Shown piece by piece: positions 15,801 to 20,618 of a DNA stretch of 20,826 nt. The stretch's first letter is position 1. Every line of letters begins with the position of its first letter. This stretch comes from Candidatus Iainarchaeum sp. (lineage in GTDB: Archaea > Iainarchaeota > Iainarchaeia > Iainarchaeales > 0-14-0-20-30-16), in NCBI GenBank assembly GCA_903916665.1, contig CAIWXP010000181.1:1-20826 (forward strand), in the 5' to 3' direction. The notes under the pieces were generated by a model. The model made no database searches. It saw only the letters and a list, made by a program, of their open reading frames with translations, and was not told where the DNA came from. The position numbers and the translations under genes are program-made.

Positions 15801-18637
15801 TTAATACTTATTATTGCGCTACCTACTTTTCCCTGTGCATCAGAAACATTAAATATAACTGGTTTTCCAAATTCAATCATACCTTCAGAATTCAAAGTAA
15901 CATTTAAATTTTTCTGACCATCAATTCTAAAATCTAAATTTTTATTTATTCCTATTAAAGAACTTAAAAAAGATATGTTTCCATTACCTAATTTATTTGC
16001 TGTAAAATAAACTCTAAATTTTTTATGTTCATTTGCATTTAATATTAAATTATAACTTAAAGAATCTAAATTTCCATCCTTAGGATTAAAATTTATTACA
16101 TCATCATCACTATTATTAAATGATGTTGTTTTCAATAAACTATTTGAATTAAAATCTAGATTTGTAGATATTGCGTTTTTTGAAAAGAAATCAAAATCTA
16201 TTGCATAGGTTTCTCCCAATACTGCAGAAAAATCAGTATATTTAATATAGCCATCTGTAAAACTATAGGAATAGCAAACATCTGAAATATTTGAACATTC
16301 AAACAAACTTGAAAATACATTTATTTCTTCTGATTTTGATTCTGCATGTAATTTCTTCAATTTAGAATCCTGTGTAGTAATGGTTGATTTTGGATCACTG
16401 TTATATTCTTTTCCATCAAAAGAAGTTACTCTATAGTACATTAATAATTTATTTAAATCTAAAGCATTAGAAATATTTACTTTAACTTTTAATTCTGTTA
16501 AACCTTTGGGATTATTATAAATTATATTAACCCATTTATTTCTTATTCCTGCTCTACCAAATATTTGTAAATCTTTTATATTACTTTCATCAGAATTTTC
16601 AGTATAATACAAACCATATTCTTTTCCTACACTTGAAATTGAGTCTGCACCTAATATTGCATATTGCATTGATATTCCAGAAACATCCGGTTCTCCTAAA
16701 CGTACATTAACAGTTCCACTAGTTTGATCTTTTGGCCAAATAACTGAATATTTAAAATAATAGGTAGAATCTAATTTTACTCCATTTAATTTATTTCCAA
16801 AAGCATCATAAACACCTAAAAATGATATTTTGGGTTCCTTTGAAATATCTAAAGGACTTAATGTTATTTCCATTTTATCCGCAACAGTTACTTGTTTAGT
16901 ATAAACATTATCTTGACTATCCACAATTGTAACTTCTACTTCTTTTGCAGAACCAGGATAAAATTGTAAACTACCTTTTTCATTTGTGTTTCCATCAAAA
17001 AGAGTTTCTGTTTCTGTTTTAACGTTTACCTTTGCACCAATTAATGGTAAACCATTTATTCCATAAATATAAAGAGTACTTGTTTTTTGAACTGGTAATA
17101 AAGTTATTTCTATTTTATTATCTCCAGAAATTAATGGAGCTGTTTGTGTTCCAAATAATTCTTGAGTTGCAATATTTACTTTAATGGTTATATTTGGTTC
17201 TAACATTGCAGTGTATAATCCAGTTATTGAAGTTTTATTATCTGGGTAATATAATGGTAATTCTTTTTCATTATCCATTTGATAAATATCTACTATTGCA
17301 TTGGGAACTGGTTTATTATCTTTTGTTGCTGCAAAAATATTTGTTCTTGCGGCAGTCTTTAAATCAATTCTTTTTAAAGTTAATTCAACTGATCCAAAAT
17401 CTTTTTCTGAAACTACTTTTGATGTTGGATAATAATCTCCAATGGCATAGGCCGAAACAACATTGGCTCTTTTAATATCAATTCCAGAAAATTCTGCAAG
17501 ACCATAAACATCCGTTGTTTTTGTATCAATAATTAAACCATTGTCAGAATAAACTGCAACCGTTGCACCAGTTAAATTATTTTTTGCTTCATCTTTAACA
17601 ACAACACTTAATTTTGAACCACCAATTTCAAAATAAACATTTACTGTTTCTGTATTTGATCTCAATGTAATATTTTTATTTGTATCTTGAGAATCAAAGG
17701 TAACAAAACCATCCTTTGAAACAACATATCTTAATGGAATTCCTTTTGTAACATTGATTGGTACTTTTCCTTCTGCATCCGTAACTTCTTCTGCAACAGG
17801 AGATTTTGTTGTTGCATTATAAACTGTTATTTTTGCATTTTCAATGGGCTGTGAAAGAGCAGAAACAATAAAAGTTATTGTGCCCTGTTCACCAAATGAA
17901 ATTTCCTTTGGTTCCAATTTCATATCAACGGTTTCATTTTGATTTGGAACAAATGGCTGTGATAATTCTAAATAACCTTCTTTATCTGCAACTATTTTCA
18001 AAGTTGATCCTAAAGGCATATTTGTTAATTGTAACATTCCCGAATCATCGGTTTTTCCAGAAAATAATAATTGATCATCGGTATCAAAAACATTTACATC
18101 TGCACCAGAAATAACTGTTTGAGTACCATTATCTAAAAATCTTAATTGAACTGAACCCAAAGGAATATCTTTTTCAAAAACTAAATTTAATGTTTTTGTG
18201 CCAGAATCTGCAGTAAAAGTACTATCTGAAGTTAATTTATAACCTGTTAATTGAGTTCCTATTGTAACTAGATCTCCTTTTGACAAACCAGCTACATCAA
18301 TGGTTGCTCCAGTTTTTACTGTTCCTGTATATACTTGGACTTGACCCACACTTAATGTTAAAAATATAGGATCATTTATGGGACTGTTTCCAGAATCAAC
18401 CATATTCACAGTTAAAGCTAGAGAAAATTTGAAAATTATGGTAACTAACAAAACAATAATTACAATCAATAATAAAACTAAAAATATTGAAAACCAATGG
18501 CTGGGGATTCCATGACTCTCTAAAAATTCATTATATTTGTTTATTGGAATTCCTTTATTACTTAAGAATTCACTCATTCCCTGATACTTTTCCTGTACTT
18601 TTTCGTTTATTTTCGCAAAAAAATCCCCAATTCCCAT
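9845..18637 (-). CDS. Giant N-terminally anchored surface protein, 2,930 aa: beta-sandwich stalk, hydrophobic hairpin, helical region, GH73-type glucosaminidase and Amidase_2 murein amidase
   Basis: Uninterrupted 8.8-kb ORF (ATG 18637, TAG stop). Domain evidence is given in the sub-features below. Confidence 0.9.
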   Translation of the reverse strand: MGIGDFFAKINEKVQEKYQGMSEFLSNKGIPINKYNEFLESHGIPSHWFSIFLVLLLIVIIVLLVTIIFKFSLALTVNMVDSGNSPINDPIFLTLSVGQVQVYTGTVKTGATIDVAGLSKGDLVTIGTQLTGYKLTSDSTFTADSGTKTLNLVFEKDIPLGSVQLRFLDNGTQTVISGADVNVFDTDDQLLFSGKTDDSGMLQLTNMPLGSTLKIVADKEGYLELSQPFVPNQNETVDMKLEPKEISFGEQGTITFIVSALSQPIENAKITVYNATTKSPVAEEVTDAEGKVPINVTKGIPLRYVVSKDGFVTFDSQDTNKNITLRSNTETVNVYFEIGGSKLSVVVKDEAKNNLTGATVAVYSDNGLIIDTKTTDVYGLAEFSGIDIKRANVVSAYAIGDYYPTSKVVSEKDFGSVELTLKRIDLKTAARTNIFAATKDNKPVPNAIVDIYQMDNEKELPLYYPDNKTSITGLYTAMLEPNITIKVNIATQELFGTQTAPLISGDNKIEITLLPVQKTSTLYIYGINGLPLIGAKVNVKTETETLFDGNTNEKGSLQFYPGSAKEVEVTIVDSQDNVYTKQVTVADKMEITLSPLDISKEPKISFLGVYDAFGNKLNGVKLDSTYYFKYSVIWPKDQTSGTVNVRLGEPDVSGISMQYAILGADSISSVGKEYGLYYTENSDESNIKDLQIFGRAGIRNKWVNIIYNNPKGLTELKVKVNISNALDLNKLLMYYRVTSFDGKEYNSDPKSTITTQDSKLKKLHAESKSEEINVFSSLFECSNISDVCYSYSFTDGYIKYTDFSAVLGETYAIDFDFFSKNAISTNLDFNSNSLLKTTSFNNSDDDVINFNPKDGNLDSLSYNLILNANEHKKFRVYFTANKLGNGNISFLSSLIGINKNLDFRIDGQKNLNVTLNSEGMIEFGKPVIFNVSDAQGKVGSAIISINEDNGTTNVLLKGDNTNEKGANGSYVINALPSGVYNYEVRASQHVTARGSFIVSRFGVLSVQTEHEIRIPQGKLQRDYEIDVSNISNFPVTNLGFQVLRDDAKAFVVNYKYIKTNLLPQSTTKLLVSVTVDSPQVVYGDQDLVISGTINGNEIVRQIIHLSFISNTDLESDCLVVTPNEIAVNLFDAQQEKYTANLTLENRCEEDFVNLAPNLILRDDNSLISILTFSSTSVSLNKGLIKTISFTISPTAEVPAQGLQIEAFVNIDTGFFKKQIPTHIQLTHSFGAMQISVSNPQLTLTSGQYVTMPLFISNLGAVPLRNITVMTQPYNQTPYTAGVPYSDAPQSEYYNPTLNGPQVRTQSDSQTQYDASINPTSSWNPNGTSGQTFVNTQVIPNPRTIAVLYPNQSAMSQLTIKGPGIQQSNVVSAVTVKVSAFSAIDNKPVTAVTPIFFTVSAPKCFKLNVPTNEIYFRSGKLDVTLENKNISITNECAEPLLLQMPIYKAIRDKTKLNITVENTTIQPKQTMEVKSTLYAGEEMNSAENILFLAKGQNTGTQYSVNLNFNFVLGRAAQSNEKVPYDEKEFGICGQTTKKMVKIPKVGSDCAQNYCNGQDAATFLQSKITGFVNNYKTIASKYTKNIKTTTCDVSSQSCAFAKIGVEMTPVTMYLMHDTISGEGYLKEILQASLKEIKDVSYLPTKNFDIEKQSVAQFNRLFVDSEINRCGKYTISFEGAFGIRDGVMQKDYYNVLIRADYEATPECALEIQNSALYLPKDSKSTVENTYGFMQAYTDFDTALRGSYDTFAKEVSKRLFSQERLATGKANTLYLTRGTLNNHPMEAKISSDDTPQIVITLDKSIDVRDKKEDAIKLIESFLKGAYIGCITSDNKGAQIVSATDDRTGQYGLTVAQKTVKAGFGKEQIKFSVVGPTAGSAELLTEPTNPQGYTTRIIDESETNVSTVNFVSGQSKEYILEINFTDPSKAIEYSKSDPLKLILKPINGDEKSEKISFESCGVEPYMFVMNVSTSELKNKNYFAQTYWQGGNTSKDGCEVFKEVVDKKKGAPFITGHTPSSGVCSGSNLAPLSSTINSQFWKATAIAGGAAFGACMAAEGLTSIKSVLGPWSWGMALFTCGLTVGDLVTTSAYANHRNSVAMGLPGSDHAWYDSVHDALSNFALTGWAFDDYEKVKGAGDSDPAKAAQNLQDTLSYSGAAALGAATAVPQGAKQFVVDKSPAIVTAVERDAVTEFSDALSEAVTAGKLDPTKFTDEATMFKTLRSASPRFEKAYKNLSAIATKKNMSAVDFYTKVGLTDLQQQSIKDLAATAGNTSVKDVAKLTTEIETLTTEKAGLRVAGDITSNMGSQANSARGVLNSAASGNKVASFKWADFKAGAYDTEIKALTAAEKVKFDAVVTKYTALETELAKPAVLDAELVAKNAALDAAKKTVATDLGDAASALSPSSTWEKMKLSANSRWGQMFRGLLKGVISAEAATLTYKNVWTATMSSEIKGALNMDITLPDTFVKQQSYVMIVTNSGPGSYSAVITPTDASNVLGFCKLENSTKGYIARDTLNPSTGSTGSGSTCVKASSELSDIRINGGPSLSAQTIDKILSDAGSPAAGSGQYFVKYGVQYGIDPAFALAFFRQESGYGKAGVAVKTKGIGNIVYTDIALPDSKYNTDRAWSAYDNYENSIKGWYNYITNSSHYLKDGKYTLEQIIPIYAPAGDGGNSPVAYINNVKNYVNQYRTKETGYGVACADSNSGPIASSGLSSDKLGPELSKYLMLNSGAAPLGGIALNSTYYDGDLVKGNYSNTRKAFGFVVLHDGAGWESCGSNESCAAKAVLTMWKSAGLNVSSHYFVGCDGTIFNFVPESQVANHAGCSSSDSTCIFSSINAYSIGLDIRDCTFKHTGKPYTSEQHVAIKNLLANLKSRNILKEVSDKTVVAHFELNGNKNDPLPGFDWAAIGLSDHRLARGNTPFIAALRTPSTTETA
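9923..10369 (-). other. Amidase_2 (PGRP/T7-lysozyme-type) N-acetylmuramoyl-L-alanine amidase domain (aa ~2757-2905)
   Basis: GFVVLHDGAG...SSHYFVGCDGTIFNFVPESQVANHAG...NAYSIGLDI...YTSEQHVAIKNLLANL...VVAHFELNGNKNDPLPGFDW. The His, His and Asp zinc-ligand positions and the conserved Lys appear to be present. Confidence 0.8.
10583..11014 (-). other. GH73/FlgJ-type endo-beta-N-acetylglucosaminidase-like domain (aa ~2542-2685)
   Basis: GIDPAFALAFFRQESGYGKAGVAVKTKGIGNI...WSAYDNYENSIKGWYNYI...YAPAGDGGN. Compare the family pattern (I/L)xPxxxxAQAxLESGWGxSxLAxxxNNxFGIK...Y. The catalytic Glu codon is at 10880-10882. Confidence 0.7.
12374..12535 (-). other. Gly/Ala-rich hydrophobic helical hairpin inside the 2,930-aa protein (aa ~2035-2088)
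   Basis: WKATAIAGGAAFGACMAAEGLTSIKSVLGPWSWGMALFTCGLTVGDLVTTSAYA: two ~20-aa weakly hydrophobic segments joined by a short turn. Confidence 0.55.
15638..15895 (-). other. Additional carboxypeptidase-regulatory-like beta-sandwich domain (aa ~915-1000)
   Basis: GKPVIFNVSDAQGKVGSAIISINEDNGTTNVLLKGDNTNEKGANGSYVINALPSGVYNYEVRASQHVTARGSFIV. Confidence 0.6.
16838..18406 (-). repeat. About six tandem ~80-90-aa carboxypeptidase-regulatory/PEGA-like beta-sandwich domains (protein-level repeats)
   Basis: The pattern recurs in GADVNVFDTDDQLLFSGKTDDSGMLQLTNMPLGSTLKIVADKEGY, AKITVYNATTKSPVAEEVTDAEGKVPINVTKGIPLRYVVSKDGF, ATVAVYSDNGLIIDTKTTDVYGLAEFSGI and AKVNVKTETETLFDGNTNEKGSLQFYPGSAKEVEVTIV. Confidence 0.65.
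18425..18499 (-). other. Signal-anchor TM helix of the 2,930-aa protein
   Basis: HWFSIFLVLLLIVIIVLLVTIIFKF (aa 47-71), preceded by 46 polar residues that carry a duplicated GIP motif (NKGIP...HGIPS). Confidence 0.75.
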
Positions 18638-18650
18638 AAAATTCCCCTTC

Positions 18651-18713
18651 TTATTTTATGAGACTCTGTTGCATAATTTCAATTATTTTGAATGAAATTT
18701 GCAATTGTCCCAT
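18651..18713 (-). CDS. Candidate 20-codon upstream ORF in the leader of the giant gene (MGQLQISFKIIEIMQQSLIK)
   Basis: ATG at 18713 is preceded by AGGGGA 7 nt upstream. The TAA stop at 18651-18653 lies 13 nt before the giant gene's ATG. It could be a chance ORF. Confidence 0.2.
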   Translation of the reverse strand: MGQLQISFKIIEIMQQSLIK

Positions 18714-18752
18714 AATTAATCCCCTTTGTTAGCTAACTAATAGAATATTACC

Positions 18753-18770
18753 CATTAAGATTTATAAATG
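18753..18770 (-). promoter_or_regulatory. Core promoter of the 2,930-aa gene: the same 18-nt TATA motif as alba
   Basis: CATTAAGATTTATAAATG is identical to 1064-1081. Its TATA centre at ~18765 lies ~128 nt upstream of the ATG at 18637, which predicts a ~100-nt leader. Confidence 0.45.
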
Positions 18771-18820
18771 TATATATATTTTTTATATATATTACATATA
18801 AACGTGAGAAAAACAACAAA

Positions 18821-20254
18821 TTAGATTATGGGTGTCAATAGTCTTGCCAATGATTGTTTAAAACGAGTAAATTTACTTGTAGAATAGAGATCCTTTTTTG
18901 TTACAGCCCTACAATCCAATAAATCTTTTAAAAAAACTTTTGATAATTCATCGGTAACTTTATAATCAAAAATGAATGCACTTGCTTCAAAATCCAAATT
19001 TAAACTTCTTGAATCTAGATTTGTTGATCCAATTGATGACAGATTATCTGAAATCAATAATTTTGTATGAATAAATCCTTTTTGATATTCATATATTTTA
19101 ACACCCGCATCCAACAATTCCATATAAAATGTTTTTGAAGCATAGCTAGGAAAAACAGCATCATTTTTATCTGGTAATATTAAACGTACATCCACTCCTT
19201 TTAATGCTGTACTTTTCAAAGCCATTAGTAAAGCATCATCCGGTACAAAATAAGGAGTTTCTATCCAAAGTTTATTTTCTGAAGTAGTAATAGTTGAAAA
19301 AATAATTAATTTTAAATTCGCCCATCTATTATCTGGACCAGAAGGACTAATGTGTAAACTTGAATCTCCAACAATATTTATTTTAGGATATAACAAAGGA
19401 TCATAGATATCATTTTTTGTTGCAAATCCCCAATCTCTAATAAATATTGATTGCAAAGAATAAACTGCCGAACCCGAAATTCTTAATTGCATATCTCTCC
19501 AAAAATTAAATTTGCCCCCATCCAAATATTCTTGACCAATATTTATTCCACCAATATAGCCTATTTGCCCATCAATAACACAAATTTTTCTATGATTTCT
19601 ATGATTAATTTTACTTCTAAAAATTGAATAAAAAACAGGAATAAATTCTTCAATAATCACATTTTTTTCTTTTAAAGAATTCATTACTTTTTGAGGAAAT
19701 GTTGCACTACCCATACCATCAATTAATATTCTTACTTTGACCCCTTCTGATGCTTTTTTTATTAATAAATCCATTACTTTTTTTCCCAAAGCATCATTTC
19801 TAAAAATATAATATTCCATGTGAATTGTATCTTTTGCATTTTCTAAATCTTTAAATAATTCAGGATAAAATTCATCCCCATTATTTAATATTTTTACTTT
19901 ATTATTTGTTGAAAAAGGAAAATTTGTTGAATGCAATGCCAAATACATTGTATGTCTTTTATCTTTTATATCTTTTGAAAGTGTATCATGTTTTATACTT
20001 TCCTTTTGAGCATCTACAATTTCTTGAACAATTTTTTGATATCTTTTTTTGCCAAATTTCCAAGAATAATATTTCTTCTTAATTGATTCTCCAACCAAAA
20101 GATAAATTATTAGCCCAATTATAGGCAAAAATATTAATACTAACACCCAAGCAATTGTTTTATAGGGGTCTCTATTTTCCAATATTAATACTAAAACCAA
20201 ATCTAAAATGTAAATAATAAATAGAGCTATTAAAACCCAAAAAAACCAAAGCAT
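18821..20254 (-). CDS. cls: Cardiolipin synthase (phospholipase D superfamily, two HKD motifs), 477 aa
   Basis: Two N-terminal TM helices with the Cls-typical ENRDPYKTIAWVLVLIFLPIIGLIIYLLVG. HKD motif 1 is HRKICVIDGQIGYIGGINIG (H221/K223/D228, nt 19571-19594). HKD motif 2 is HTKLLISDNLSSIGSTNLDSRS (H396/K398/D403, nt 19046-19069). Confidence 0.92.
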   Translation of the reverse strand: MLWFFWVLIALFIIYILDLVLVLILENRDPYKTIAWVLVLIFLPIIGLIIYLLVGESIKKKYYSWKFGKKRYQKIVQEIVDAQKESIKHDTLSKDIKDKRHTMYLALHSTNFPFSTNNKVKILNNGDEFYPELFKDLENAKDTIHMEYYIFRNDALGKKVMDLLIKKASEGVKVRILIDGMGSATFPQKVMNSLKEKNVIIEEFIPVFYSIFRSKINHRNHRKICVIDGQIGYIGGINIGQEYLDGGKFNFWRDMQLRISGSAVYSLQSIFIRDWGFATKNDIYDPLLYPKINIVGDSSLHISPSGPDNRWANLKLIIFSTITTSENKLWIETPYFVPDDALLMALKSTALKGVDVRLILPDKNDAVFPSYASKTFYMELLDAGVKIYEYQKGFIHTKLLISDNLSSIGSTNLDSRSLNLDFEASAFIFDYKVTDELSKVFLKDLLDCRAVTKKDLYSTSKFTRFKQSLARLLTPII

Positions 20255-20276
20255 AATATAATATTATGTAGTAGGG

Positions 20277-20284
20277 TATATAAA
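20277..20284 (-). promoter_or_regulatory. TATA box (TTTATATA on the minus strand) for a leaderless cls transcript
   Basis: Centred ~26 nt upstream of the ATG at 20254, with no SD in between. Confidence 0.45.
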
Positions 20285-20397
20285 TTCTAGTCTAAACTTC
20301 ATTTTAAACTAGCCTTTTTAAATATTTCCTTTCAATTTTAATTACTAATTAAATATTATATATAACTATAATCTAGACTTTTATTGTAAAAGTCATT

Positions 20398-20470
20398 AGT
20401 CCCATGGTGTAGTGGTCTATCATCCGAGGCTTTGGACCTCGGGACCTGAGTCCGAATCTCAGTGGGACTA
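20398..20470 (+). tRNA. tRNA-Gln, anticodon UUG, 73 nt, no encoded CCA
   Basis: Manual cloverleaf. The acceptor stem is AGTCCCA/TGGGACT with discriminator A. The D-arm is GTGT-AGTGGTCTA-TCAT. The anticodon stem is CGAGG/CCTCG with loop C-T-TTG-G-A. The variable region is GGAC. The T-arm is CTGAG-TCCGAAT-CTCAG. The 5' AGUCCC start is typical of archaeal tRNA-Gln. The T-loop has C at position 55 where U is expected. Confidence 0.88.
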
Positions 20471-20472
20471 TA

Positions 20473-20500
20473 AACCCTTTTCTTTTAAAAAGAAAAGGTT
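20473..20500 (+). terminator. Hairpin with T-runs immediately 3' of the tRNA
   Basis: CCTTTTCTTT-TAA-AAAGAAAAGG is a 10-bp stem. The ascending arm itself supplies the oligo-T tracts (CCCTTTTCTTTT) that archaeal RNA polymerase uses for termination. Confidence 0.4.
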
Positions 20501-20513
20501 CTAAAGTTTACTC

Positions 20514-20562
20514 CCAAAAGAAACGTTGCTTTGCAATTAGTATTGCTCTGCAATACTTTTGG
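20514..20562. promoter_or_regulatory. Two TTGC-N3-GCAA palindromes nested inside a CCAAAAG/CTTTTGG inverted repeat (operator pair or small structured RNA)
   Basis: TTGCTTTGCAA is at 20526-20536 and (A)TTGCTCTGCAA(T) is at 20442+100, i.e. 20542-20554. The outer arms are at 20514-20520 and 20556-20562. The element lies 57-105 nt upstream of the ATG at 20619. Confidence 0.3.
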
Positions 20563-20618
20563 CTAGGTAAAAATAAAAACAATTCCTTAAAGATGCTATT
20601 TATTTATTGTGAAGTTAT

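Noticed and set aside
10228-18114. Six plus-strand ORFs (10228-10596, 11398-11652, 14352-14588, 14644-14835, 17194-17475, 17878-18114) antisense to the 2,930-aa gene
   Set aside because: All lie inside one uninterrupted 8.8-kb ORF that has recognisable domains. Their translations are low-complexity L/H/Q/N-rich strings.
18821-20500. tRNA-Gln as the attachment site of a genomic island carrying the giant genes
   Set aside because: No integrase or recombinase is present in the window, and I saw no direct repeat of the tRNA 3' half. The composition looks uniform by eye. A housekeeping gene (cls) lies between the tRNA and the giant gene.
20471-20618. C/D-box or H/ACA small RNA in the 148-nt spacer after the tRNA
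   Set aside because: No RUGAUGA C box paired with a CUGA D box at suitable spacing, and no ACA/ANA box after a hairpin. Only the nested inverted repeats reported above remain.
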